IMG/VR virus record: IMGVR_UViG_2918249483_000002
Coordinates: 20,715-84,714 of that record
Length of the DNA: 64,000 nt
DNA from: a virus
Taxonomy: Duplodnaviria; Caudoviricetes
Direction: 5' to 3' (one strand)
Translations under genes and position numbers: made by a program
The notes under the pieces: generated by a model
Database searches by the model: none
What the model saw: only the letters and a program-made list of their open reading frames with translations
What the model was told of the DNA's origin: nothing
In this document: positions 1-8,202 of the stretch, piece by piece
How positions within the stretch are numbered: position 1 is the first letter of the stretch
How the letters are laid out: every line of letters starts with the position of its first letter

Positions 1-359
1 GGACTCAACCACAGGATGTTAACATGGCGGTTCTTAGTCGCCCTTAACGGGCAAACCTCATATATGTCGGCGTGCAGATGCCGGGTGTGCGGGTTCAGCG
101 CCTTGTGGGCGGCGATGGCGATTCCGTCGTGGTTGACCGCGACATGGACGGGGAAGCCGGCATCCTCCAGCCCCTGGCAGGCGCCGCCGAGCCCCGCGAA
201 GAGGACGACGTTGATGGCGTCGTCCAGCGGCCATTGGCCGTCAGGACGTCGTTCTTGGTCGCCGGAGCGTCGACGGCTCCTTGTGCGGGCGCGATTCGGT
301 TTGATCGCCGTGGAGACCGGCAGCATGTCGGTCTCGAACAGCGAGGGCATGTCGTCCAT
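1..359 (-). CDS. DNA cytosine-5 methyltransferase, N-terminal part (runs off window start)
   Basis: Not in ORF track. Minus frame from ATG 359 (GAGG RBS) reads MDDMPSLFETD...INVVLFAGLGGACQGLEDAG...AVNHDGIAIAAHKALNPHTRHLHADIYEV...ILWLSP, i.e. motif I FAGxGG leading toward the SP(D)C motif of phage Dcm enzymes. Confidence 0.85.
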   Translation of the reverse strand, partial: MDDMPSLFETDMLPVSTAIKPNRARTRSRRRSGDQERRPDGQWPLDDAINVVLFAGLGGACQGLEDAGFPVHVAVNHDGIAIAAHKALNPHTRHLHADIYEVCPLRATKNRHVNILWLS

Positions 360-412
360 GGTGAACCTCTTGATGATGGGCGGCGCCGGTGCGCCACAGT
401 TGGGGGGAGGCG

Positions 413-895
413 CTAAGCCTCAGAAGGGGATGGGGATCGCATCTCGTTCAGAGCTTCCTCCGCCGCTGCGCGAGCACGCGGACAGTCAGACCGGAGGGCA
501 AGGTTCAGAGCCTCCAGCTTGGCAGCGACGACGCCGATGCCGACCAGCTGGGTCCAGAAGGTGATCTCGCCCTGACTGTGCTGCTTGTCATGGCAGCCGT
601 AGATCGGGCCGGACGGTGATTTCCCCATCGACTTGGAGGTGTCGCAAAGCGGGTTGCAGTAGATGTCCGAGGGCTTCTCGGGCTTGAACCCATCGGTGCC
701 TTTCCACAGGTGAGCCGCAGCCACGAACATGGTCCGGCCGCACGCCCGGCAGGGCTGGCGCGCAACGAACTCCAGGTGCTTCCTGCTGCGGAACTGCGTC
801 TCCGGCTTCGGCTCCAGCCGATCGACGGGTTGAACCAAGAAGGCAGGATCCCGCTTATCGATGAGGGGAGGCCGCTTGGCCTTCTTGATGCTCAT
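413..895 (-). CDS. DUF968-like / HNH-like Zn-binding putative nuclease
   Basis: MSIKK start overlaps upstream stop (ATGA); RSRKHLEFVARQPCRACG..AAH..KPSD..PLC..CHDKQH..GE..FW pattern. Confidence 0.65.
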   Translation of the reverse strand: MSIKKAKRPPLIDKRDPAFLVQPVDRLEPKPETQFRSRKHLEFVARQPCRACGRTMFVAAAHLWKGTDGFKPEKPSDIYCNPLCDTSKSMGKSPSGPIYGCHDKQHSQGEITFWTQLVGIGVVAAKLEALNLALRSDCPRARAAAEEALNEMRSPSPSEA

Positions 896-1632
896 GATGA
901 GGCCGCCTGGCTGTCGGCCGCGCCACCCACCGGCTGATCGTCGCCGGCAGCGGCGCGCAGGATCCCGGTGATGGCGATGGCCAAGCGGTCGACGAGTTGA
1001 GCGTGCGTGCATCCCTCGCGCACCACCTGCTGCCCATAGAAGTTCGGGAGCGTTGCCGTGTAGAGCCGCACGAGAACCTGCGACCCGTTGATGAACTCGT
1101 AATCCTGGCTGTTGCTGAGGGTGCCGATCGGCGTTCCCTCGAAGCTGATCGCGTCGGATGCCGGCGACGCGTAGAGGCGCTTGATGACGTTTGCCTTGGT
1201 GATTTCCCACCCGGCCCCGGTCCGGCGCCGCTGCACCGGCCTGCGGGTCGGGCTCTGAGCCTTCAAGCGCTCGATCGTCCGCTCGATGACGTCGAGCAGC
1301 TCCTCCTGCGTCCTGCCGGCGGCGACTGCCCAGCGGTAGTGCTTCTGGCCGACCGTCTCGTCGAGGGCCGCGTCGATTTCCGTCCGGAACTGGAATTTGC
1401 TCGGGACCTGCGGATGTCCGTAGACGTTCCGGCAGGCCAGCACGAGGGCGTTGTTCAAGCTGATCGGCCACTGCTCGGCTTCGGCCAGCCAGAACGATGT
1501 GCGGCCCGCAGCGATGTCCGCGAAGCCCACTTCCTTCCAGCCCCTGCGCTTCAGGATGGCGAGCGTTTCCTCCAGCACAGCCAGAGGCGTCGGCTTGCGC
1601 GGGCGCTGTCCGAGCTTGATGACCTCAGCCAT
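892..1632 (-). CDS. hypothetical phage protein
   Basis: Long ORF with phage-like codon usage, coupled to neighbours; start MAEVIKL chosen. Confidence 0.65.
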   Translation of the reverse strand: MAEVIKLGQRPRKPTPLAVLEETLAILKRRGWKEVGFADIAAGRTSFWLAEAEQWPISLNNALVLACRNVYGHPQVPSKFQFRTEIDAALDETVGQKHYRWAVAAGRTQEELLDVIERTIERLKAQSPTRRPVQRRRTGAGWEITKANVIKRLYASPASDAISFEGTPIGTLSNSQDYEFINGSQVLVRLYTATLPNFYGQQVVREGCTHAQLVDRLAIAITGILRAAAGDDQPVGGAADSQAASS

Positions 1633-1954
1633 GGCGATGCGCCGCAATTATGTGTTGCGCGCCATCAACCTCGGCTTGGAACTGGGCGCCGATCCCGCCG
1701 TCGAACATCAGGATCTCCGCTGGGCCGTTCCGGTCGCCGATCAGGATGCCGTCGAGTTCGGCGCGCTCCTTGCGGGTCAAGTTGCGCCATTTCTGGATGT
1801 CCCAGTTGTCGCCCATCAGGATCCCGCGCGGTGCGTGCGCCTGCATGCGGCCAACACTGAATCCGTTCTCCGCAAGCCACCTCTCGGCAGCGCGCACCGC
1901 GACGAAGTCGCCGGCCTCGGTGAAGGCCTTGGTGAGGATGGTGGAGCGTTGCAT
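1625..1954 (-). CDS. conserved-looking hypothetical phage protein
   Basis: 109 aa ORF with GAGGGG RBS; GDFxAxxAAERWLxENGFSVGRMQ..PRG..IQKWRNL pattern. Confidence 0.7.
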   Translation of the reverse strand: MQRSTILTKAFTEAGDFVAVRAAERWLAENGFSVGRMQAHAPRGILMGDNWDIQKWRNLTRKERAELDGILIGDRNGPAEILMFDGGIGAQFQAEVDGAQHIIAAHRHG

Positions 1955-1964
1955 GGGCGGCCCC

Positions 1965-2252
1965 TCAGCCGAGCAGGAAGATCAGCCAATCGAGGACGAA
2001 GAGGGCGACCAGCATCGTCAGGAAGTCGCCGATGAAGGCCATGCACCGGCGCGCCAGCCCGGGGACTTGGGTGACGGCGCCGACCGAAAGGGCGGTATGT
2101 GCCTGGCACGGCGCCGAGGTCTGCAGCATCTCCATTGGACGATCGAAGCCCAACGTCACCGGACGGATGTCGCAGACATTCGCGCCGTCGGCGCCGATGC
2201 GGTTGGTTCGGTGCATGGGGAGGGCCGATCCGTCATGGTTCGCGGTCATCAT
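1965..2252 (-). CDS. hypothetical protein with C-terminal transmembrane segment
   Basis: 95 aa ORF, hydrophobic tail FLTMLVALFVLDWLIFLLG. Confidence 0.5.
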   Translation of the reverse strand: MMTANHDGSALPMHRTNRIGADGANVCDIRPVTLGFDRPMEMLQTSAPCQAHTALSVGAVTQVPGLARRCMAFIGDFLTMLVALFVLDWLIFLLG

Positions 2253-2264
2253 GGTGTTGCGCCT

Positions 2265-2360
2265 TCAGAAGGGGAGGGCGGTCAGGGTGGCCAGGATGAA
2301 GGCCGCGATCAGCACCGCGATACCGCCCAACAGAGGCGTGTGAACGACGCGTTCGAACAT
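2265..2360 (-). CDS. 31-aa single-TM small protein
   Basis: Not in track; GGAGGG RBS then MFERVVHTPLLGGIAVLIAAFILATLTALPF*. Confidence 0.55.
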   Translation of the reverse strand: MFERVVHTPLLGGIAVLIAAFILATLTALPF

Positions 2361-2644
2361 GGAGCCCTCCGGTGTTTGTGAAGCGGGCCGGGGCCTGCAT
2401 GCCGCCGGCCGCTCCGCCGCACAGAAGCTGCCGTTTCCTCATTGGCCGGTGGGCAGCGATGGCCGGAAAGGGGATGCGCCGGCTTCTAACTTCACACCGA
2501 CGTCGGCCACGGGCTTTGCCTTGGTCCTGCGGAACCGCAGTTTTCCCGGCGCAGCTGACACGCCGCAGCGCATCCCCTTCACGCCCTTAAGCCCTGCGAC
2601 GGGATGGTGACCGTCCGCAGGGCTGGAAGGGGAGGGGAGGGGCG

Positions 2645-2842
2645 TCAGGCGGCGAGCCTGGTGGCCGAGCCGGGCCGGACCTTGCGCTCCTTGCCGTCGT
2701 CGCATGCGACGATCAGGAGGGAGGCGCCGCCCTTGCAGGGACGCTTCTCGGTGAATCCGGTGACGGTGCCCTTGACCTTGCCGATCGCGTTCGGGCCGGG
2801 CTTGAACTCGACCCGGTCGTCCTTCTTGATGCTCTCGCTCAT
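2645..2842 (-). CDS. small basic hypothetical protein (SH3/KOW-like beta pattern)
   Basis: MSESIKKDDRVEFKPG...KGTVTGF...IVACDDGKERKVRP; AAAGGGAAAG upstream. Confidence 0.6.
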   Translation of the reverse strand: MSESIKKDDRVEFKPGPNAIGKVKGTVTGFTEKRPCKGGASLLIVACDDGKERKVRPGSATRLAA

Positions 2843-2886
2843 GCTCTTTCCCTTTCTGGATCGTGATGGGTCGTGCCGGCTCGGGA

Positions 2887-3126
2887 TCAGCGCCGCGGCG
2901 GGGCGCGGTCGCAGCCGGGCGTCGCGGCGTTGTCCAGGACGATGGCGGGGATGTCCGCCGAGATGTCGAGGCGCTGAACGTCGAACCACTGGCTATCCGG
3001 CAGCTTGCCGTCGGCGCTCATCGGCGGAACGACGAGCGCCTGGTTGCAGCCGGTGAGATACTGAACGACGCCGGTGACGACGCCCTTGAAGCCGGTGACC
3101 TTGTCGGTGACGGTGTTCCCAAGCAT
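2887..3126 (-). CDS. hypothetical phage protein
   Basis: MLGNTVTDKVTGFKGVVTGVVQYLTGCNQALV..WFDVQRL, a pattern typical of small phage proteins; start uncertain. Confidence 0.7.
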   Translation of the reverse strand: MLGNTVTDKVTGFKGVVTGVVQYLTGCNQALVVPPMSADGKLPDSQWFDVQRLDISADIPAIVLDNAATPGCDRAPPRR

Positions 3127-4006
3127 CTGCTGCATCCCGGTGTTGATGAGAAAGTCTTCCACTGCCTCAACCCCCACCCGGCGGCCGGGTAAGGGGGTGG
3201 GGGAAGAGGAGCCGATCAGGTAGGCGATCGGGCACTTTCAGCGTTTAGGTGACCGGTTTTCCCCGCCGGCTGGGGGCTCACGATGTCCGACGTGGCCCGG
3301 CTCAGGAATGCCGCCATCATCTGAGAAGAGGCGGGGCCTATTGACCGCAGCCGGGCCGGCATGCCGGCGGGCTGCAGCGTTCGGCCCCGCATGCGGAGCC
3401 GGGGCGATCGGGCGGCGCTCGCGGCACCAAATGGATCAGGGTATCGGAGGAGGGGAGGGGCCATCCAGCGGGCTCCCACGGCAGCGGGGCAATCGGTCGG
3501 AGCAGGTCAGAACCCAATCCCAACAGGTCAGGCCCAACCAGCGAGATACAGGCGAAGGTCAACAGCGAACGCATCATCCACACCCCATCCGCCGCGCATC
3601 CCACCGTGTCGGCATCGGTCCCAAGGGCGAACCCCTCTGACGCCTCAAGCCCCACCGTTGCCGGTAAGGGGCTGGGAAGGTGGCCGGCGCCCCGCGAAAA
3701 GCACCGGCCGGATCCGACACACGAACGCCGCAAGAGCCCTTTCATTGGTTGATGCGCCGTCCAGGTTCCGGTGGATGGCAATCCGGGCTGAGGGGCTCCA
3801 GCTCGGTGCGGGGGGCACACGCGCAGGGGAAGCGGAGCCGGGGCCCCTCATTGCCCCAACCCCGCCCCAGCCATCACAGCCGGGAGCGGGGTTGGAGGCC
3901 GGAACTTCCATCCGGCTGCCGATGCGCTCGGTCTGCGAGCCTTGCCGAAGGGCCTGTGTGTCGGCGGTGATGCGGGGCGGAGCTGGCCGCCACCGCGCGG
4001 TATCTT

Positions 4007-4081
4007 TCGGGGCGGTGGGATTCGAACCCACGACCTGCGGCACCCAAAGCCGCTGCGCTATCCAGGCTGCGCTACACCCCG
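4007..4081 (-). tRNA. tRNA-Pro(TGG), CCA not encoded
   Basis: CGGGGTG acceptor pairs with CGCCCCG; D-loop TGG; anticodon arm GCGGC-TT TGG GT-GCCGC; GGTTCGAATCC T-arm. Confidence 0.93.
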
Positions 4082-4084
4082 ATC

Positions 4085-4160
4085 TGGTGGAGCCTGTCGG
4101 GATCGAACCGACGACCTCCTGCTTGCAAAGCGGGCGCTCTCCCAACTGAGCTAAGGCCCC
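4085..4160 (-). tRNA. tRNA-Ala(TGC) with CCA
   Basis: GGGGCCTTAGCTCAGTTGGGAGAGCG..TTTGCAA..GGTTCGATCC..GGCTCCACCA; G3:U70 Ala identity pair; one C:A mismatch in anticodon stem. Confidence 0.95.
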
Positions 4161-4496
4161 AGGTGCCGGGCCTTGCATCCCGGCTGTCCGGTCTCTCACC
4201 GGCTTGTGGGCCTCCTCCGCGCGATCTTCAGCGGCTCCCCGCGCGGCCGTGACCTCCATCATCTCCCGACATCCGGTTACCCGGAGCGGGCCGGCTTGCG
4301 CCGAAGTGGCCCTGACGCGTCCCCGCTGGCGGTTGTCAGGAGCCTGCACTGGCTTAAGCCCGACCCCACCGGCAGGCTGGGGTAACGGGCTTGGGGGAAG
4401 ATGCCGCCGGGCTGGGGGTGAGCCGCCCGGCGGCAGAGGTTTGGGAGGAAACGCCCGTGTGGGCAGGTGCACGCGCCGAGGCGCGAAACCGATGGG

Positions 4497-4643
4497 TCAG
4501 ACTCCGTCGAGGGAAACGTCGGGATTGGACGAGGCTTGGCGCTGACGTGCTGCCCGCTTCCGAGCCGTTTTCCTGTTCGCCACGTAGCGCGGATCCTTGC
4601 GCGATTTCCGTCGTGCGGCTCGGGCCTGGGAAGCGGTGCTCAT
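4497..4643 (-). CDS. 48-aa Arg/Lys-rich peptide, candidate arginine-rich-motif RNA-binding (N-like) protein
   Basis: Not in track; GAGGA RBS; MSTASQARAARRKSRKDPRYVANRKTARKRAARQRQASSNPDVSLDGV*. Confidence 0.6.
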   Translation of the reverse strand: MSTASQARAARRKSRKDPRYVANRKTARKRAARQRQASSNPDVSLDGV

Positions 4644-4671
4644 GTCTTCGTCCTCGCTCCGATGTTGATGA

Positions 4672-4866
4672 TCAGGCGCAGGCCAGGTCGAGATACCGGC
4701 CGTGGAGTTCGTCGGCGAACTTGCTGTAGCTCTCGCTCGGCTCCCCGAGCGCTTCCGCGACCGCCGCCATGCTCGCGGAGAACGCCGCAGCCTTGCGCAG
4801 ATTGCGAAGGCCGCCGTCGTTCAGAACCGACAGCACGGTCACCTCGGTGTCGCCGATGGTCCTCAT
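4672..4866 (-). CDS. hypothetical protein
   Basis: 64 aa, ATGA coupling to upstream gene, GGAG RBS. Confidence 0.6.
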   Translation of the reverse strand: MRTIGDTEVTVLSVLNDGGLRNLRKAAAFSASMAAVAEALGEPSESYSKFADELHGRYLDLACA

Positions 4867-5087
4867 GCGGCTCTCCGATAGGCGGCCAGTTCGGCATCGC
4901 GCAGCGCCATCAGCTTCTCGCGCAGCGCCGGCCAGTCCTCGTGCTGCAGGTCCGGCATCCGCTCGACAGCCGGGATCACGATCCCGTTGTCGAAATGCCA
5001 GCTGTCATCGTGGATTGCCGCGGGGAGCCAGACCGAAGCCCAGAGCAGAAGCATCAGGTCGTCGTTCGAGATCAGCGGGCCGCCCAT
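4863..5087 (-). CDS. hypothetical protein
   Basis: 75 aa, coupled to upstream gene ending EAA. Confidence 0.55.
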   Translation of the reverse strand: MGGPLISNDDLMLLLWASVWLPAAIHDDSWHFDNGIVIPAVERMPDLQHEDWPALREKLMALRDAELAAYRRAA

Positions 5088-5653
5088 CACGCGGCCTCGC
5101 CGAACAGCGGCGCCGACCGCTGGGCTTCGAGGTCACCCCGGGTGATCCACGCCATGCTCCGTTGCGCCGGCGCATTGAAGCTCTGGTAGACGCTGAAGCT
5201 GAAGAGCAGGGACTGCGCCGTGCGCAGCGACCACACCACGAACTCGTCACCGCTGAACGCGGCGGGATCGAAATCCGCCCCCGCGTAGCTGACGCCGTCG
5301 ATGTTGATGTAGGCGCGGCCGTCGGCGCGCCAGCCGACGACCTTCAGCCCGAGCATCTCGATGTGGAGCGCGTCCTCCGGAACCGCGGCGGTGCATGGTG
5401 CGCCGGAGGCCTGCGGCTTGTTACCGCGCGGATCGTTCGAGCGCAGATGGCTCCGGCGGCGGAGAACCTGCTCGGCGAGGCCGTGGGCCGCTTGGCAGAC
5501 GCCGAGAGCGCAGGCCTCGGTCGGATACATTTTCGGCAGAACGTCGCGGAACAGCCCAGTGGAGCCCCCGACCGAAACCATCATGTCGCTTCCCAACAGG
5601 AAGAACGACACGGAGCCAAGCTTGGGGAGGTTTCGGAAGGAGACGGTTTCCAT
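5087..5653 (-). CDS. first gene of leftward (pL) operon, hypothetical
   Basis: 188 aa ORF just downstream of OL operators, GAGG RBS. Confidence 0.55.
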   Translation of the reverse strand: METVSFRNLPKLGSVSFFLLGSDMMVSVGGSTGLFRDVLPKMYPTEACALGVCQAAHGLAEQVLRRRSHLRSNDPRGNKPQASGAPCTAAVPEDALHIEMLGLKVVGWRADGRAYINIDGVSYAGADFDPAAFSGDEFVVWSLRTAQSLLFSFSVYQSFNAPAQRSMAWITRGDLEAQRSAPLFGEAA

Positions 5654-5698
5654 CTTCGGCTTGCCTCGGTTGGAGTAGCGCTTTTGATGGAGTCATGT

Positions 5699-5748
5699 TC
5701 GCGATATATCGCGGTGAAGTCAAATGGAAAATCCGCGATTTATCGCGG
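5699..5748. promoter_or_regulatory. OL operators and leftward promoter pL
   Basis: TCGCGATATATCGCGG (5699-5714) and CCGCGATTTATCGCGG (5733-5748) match the OR palindrome; minus-strand TTGACT at 5718-5723. Confidence 0.85.
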
Positions 5749-5826
5749 ATGCGACGGTTTGTCGATCTTGCCATAATCAGGTTGTGCGATCTGCTGATCG
5801 CTCGCTCTGAAGTGAGGTATGGTGGG

Positions 5827-6573
5827 ATGGCTGAGCGGCGCAGGCTCGTCAGCGACTTAGCAAAACGACTGGAACTCGATTACGTCGGATTCGACCGCGT
5901 CAGATCGGCCCGCCAGGTCGTTCTGGTGCAAGTCGAGGAATACGAAACGACGGAGCGGGTCTACCGAGTGTCGCTGCGCTGCAGGTCGGTGGATGGTGGG
6001 CGGACGCTGAAGGATTTCCTCTCGAACCGCATCCTAGGCCTAGTCGATCTCGATACCGGCGAGTGTGTCAACGATATCCCGGCCTATCTCTGCGACCTGC
6101 TGGCCGAAGCTGGGGGCGAATTGCCACGGTACTGGCCAAGGCCGGAACACGACCCGATCCGCAGCACCTCATTGGGTGTGGCGTTCGATCGACACGGCTA
6201 CGCAGTGGGTTGGGCGTTCGGGGTTCATTCGTCGTTCCGTAGCGCGCTGGACATCTTGTACTCTGCCGATTCGAAGTCGAGCAACGGCATCTGGACCCAA
6301 GGTATTCCGCCAAGATACGGCTTTGAGGTTGGCGACCTGATGCACTCGCCCGCCCCTTGGGGGCCGCAGACCCGGTATTCGGTTCAGGTTAAGTCACTGA
6401 ATGACCAGGAGGTCACGGTATCGTTGATGGTTGTCAATGATCGTCGGGTAATAAGTTCACAAGAACTAACCATGTCGCAATCTGATTTTGCGGAGTTGCT
6501 GAGAATCGGCATTCCTCAACAGTCTGCAGTAGTTGCGGAGGCTGAGCATCATCTGGAACCCACAGCCCCATAG
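5827..6573 (+). CDS. WYL-like domain protein with unknown C-terminal domain
   Basis: LELDY..RVRSARQV..LRC..RTLKDFLSNRILGLVDLDTGE resembles the WYL signature (R-T-F-x-x-x-R-I..D..TGE). Confidence 0.55.
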   Translation: MAERRRLVSDLAKRLELDYVGFDRVRSARQVVLVQVEEYETTERVYRVSLRCRSVDGGRTLKDFLSNRILGLVDLDTGECVNDIPAYLCDLLAEAGGELPRYWPRPEHDPIRSTSLGVAFDRHGYAVGWAFGVHSSFRSALDILYSADSKSSNGIWTQGIPPRYGFEVGDLMHSPAPWGPQTRYSVQVKSLNDQEVTVSLMVVNDRRVISSQELTMSQSDFAELLRIGIPQQSAVVAEAEHHLEPTAP

Positions 6574-6611
6574 CCCTCCGCCGCGGTTATCGGATTAGGC
6601 CACTTTTTGAG

Positions 6612-7601
6612 ATGGATGGCATGGGTGATACCGGTTGGATCAGCCGCCTTTTGAGGGCGAGGCAACGACGTTCAGCAGTCACGGTTGAGCCGCCACAGGC
6701 GGAGACGGAGACCGACTCGCTAAAGCGCTATGTGGTGATCGACTGCGAGACGACGGGCTTATCAACGGCCCGGGGCGACCGGATGGTTAGCTTCGCTGCC
6801 ATCGAGATCCTTGGGGTAGAGCCATCAGGGCGCAGCTTAAGTCTGATCTTCAACCCTGGCCGAAACTCAGATCCTCGCGCCCGGAGCGTCCACCGGTTAT
6901 CCGACCACCTGCTTCGCCATCAGTCGCCGTTCTCATCGAGCCGCGACATAATCCATGACTTCTTGGCGGATGCAGTCATCGTTGGACACAACGTCCAGTT
7001 CGATCTGTCATTCCTCTCTCACGAGTTCGCCCTATGCGGCTCCCGGTGGCATCAAGGCGCAAGCATCTGCACGCAGGAAGCATTCCAGGGATTGGGCATG
7101 GGGCGGGCGAGCTTAGATGCCGCAGCGGCGCATTTTGACATCGATATCTCCGCTCGCGCAGAATTCCACGGCGCCTTCATCGACGCGGAGATAACGAGCC
7201 AGCTTTTCCAAAGGATGGTGTTGGGGAAGGAGGTGGCGCGCGAAATTGCTCATTTGCCGCCGACTAACTTCGTGGAGCCCCCGCCTCTCGTGCAGAGCGC
7301 GGCAACCACCAAGGCGGGGCACGGTGTCCAGGGACTCGCCTTCGCCATAACCGGCGAGTTGACCAACATGACGCGCGATGAGGCAGCAGATCTGGTCGAG
7401 CGCCTCGGTGGCATATGGCACAAGGCCGTCAAAAAAGACACCGATTTCCTTGTGATCGGCCACGCGCCGGGAAATACGAAAATCGAGACAGCCGCCGCGC
7501 GACGGGCCAGGTATGGCAAGCCGGACAACATCGATGAAGCCCAGTTCTTACGTTTCATCGATTCGTCAGTTCAGGCCAATAATAATGTAAGGGTGAAGTA
7601 A
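6612..7601 (+). CDS. DEDDh 3'-5' exonuclease (DnaQ-like) fused to a BRCT domain
   Basis: VIDCETTG, GHNVQFD, HGAFIDA exo motifs; C-terminal FAITGEL..TRDEAADLVERLGG..VKKDTDFLVIG..GNTK is ligase-type BRCT. Confidence 0.88.
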   Translation: MDGMGDTGWISRLLRARQRRSAVTVEPPQAETETDSLKRYVVIDCETTGLSTARGDRMVSFAAIEILGVEPSGRSLSLIFNPGRNSDPRARSVHRLSDHLLRHQSPFSSSRDIIHDFLADAVIVGHNVQFDLSFLSHEFALCGSRWHQGASICTQEAFQGLGMGRASLDAAAAHFDIDISARAEFHGAFIDAEITSQLFQRMVLGKEVAREIAHLPPTNFVEPPPLVQSAATTKAGHGVQGLAFAITGELTNMTRDEAADLVERLGGIWHKAVKKDTDFLVIGHAPGNTKIETAAARRARYGKPDNIDEAQFLRFIDSSVQANNNVRVK

Positions 7602-7602
7602 T

Positions 7603-8166
7603 ATGGCGGCGACATTCGAAGATATTGGCCTTGATTTATTCATCGAACATTTTCTAGATGGAGTTGTAATCCCCAATCATTACAAGAAGAAAAAGAAGGA
7701 AAAATTAACTTCGATTCGAGAATCTGATCTTCTCCCTATTGCATTATCCAACGGTCGTGCCGCATTTTCCGCCAGAGTTGAGGCAGGCGAGCAGGTTTGG
7801 AATGTATCGTTTACGCAGCACAACCTGCGTGTTTGGGTGAATAAAAACTGGAACACAGAGGCCCCTACGGTAGAGGGCCCTGCCGTTCGATCGTCCATTG
7901 CGAAAGTGTTGGAGGAAATTAGAGTCAAACAATTCATGTCGCCCGAGCAATCGACATGGCTTCTTCAGAGTTTTTGGAATGGGGAGGAGAGCGCCGCCGG
8001 ACCCAACCTTGTTGGTGGGAATCTGCCGGGGTGGTTTGAAGAATTGGCCGACCAGTCTCTCATTGTGCCGGCGTTAGGGATGCTTCGCTGGTGCCTGACG
8101 GTAGAGGGGAGTGAGGTGTTCGAAATCCTCCACCGCTCCGTCAGACGCCACGACGCCCCAACATGA
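7603..8166 (+). CDS. hypothetical protein (AT-rich gene)
   Basis: 187 aa ORF 1 bp after exonuclease stop; visibly lower GC than flanks. Confidence 0.65.
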   Translation: MAATFEDIGLDLFIEHFLDGVVIPNHYKKKKKEKLTSIRESDLLPIALSNGRAAFSARVEAGEQVWNVSFTQHNLRVWVNKNWNTEAPTVEGPAVRSSIAKVLEEIRVKQFMSPEQSTWLLQSFWNGEESAAGPNLVGGNLPGWFEELADQSLIVPALGMLRWCLTVEGSEVFEILHRSVRRHDAPT

Positions 8167-8202
8167 TCGGGCGGGGAGCTGCTCCAGCGACAACAGCCAG
8201 GG

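Larger units (their letters stand above)
2584..4400 (-). repeat. Dispersed family of bulged stem-loops (3164-3206, 3642-3680, 4351-4400; variants 2584-2630, 3853-3899)
   Basis: Minus-strand pattern CTTCCC(CC)-stem-TT bulge-ACC..GGT-stem-T(G/A)AG with compensatory stem changes between copies. Confidence 0.65.

Noticed and set aside
4007-4160. tRNAs as the prophage attachment site
   Set aside because: Flanked on both sides by co-oriented phage early genes; no integrase or duplicated 3' end nearby
2584-4400. Repeated hairpins as a CRISPR array or anti-CRISPR repeat mimic
   Set aside because: Copies are conserved in structure rather than sequence, spacing is irregular (hundreds of bp), and no cas genes are present
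3216-4472. Track ORFs across the tRNA/hairpin region
   Set aside because: Run through tRNAs, Pro/Arg/Gly-rich GC artefacts, no RBS or codon bias
6223-6237. GTTC-N7-GTTC alphaproteobacterial LexA box
   Set aside because: Lies mid-gene with no adjacent promoter; probably chance. No convincing SOS box was seen by eye at the switch regions
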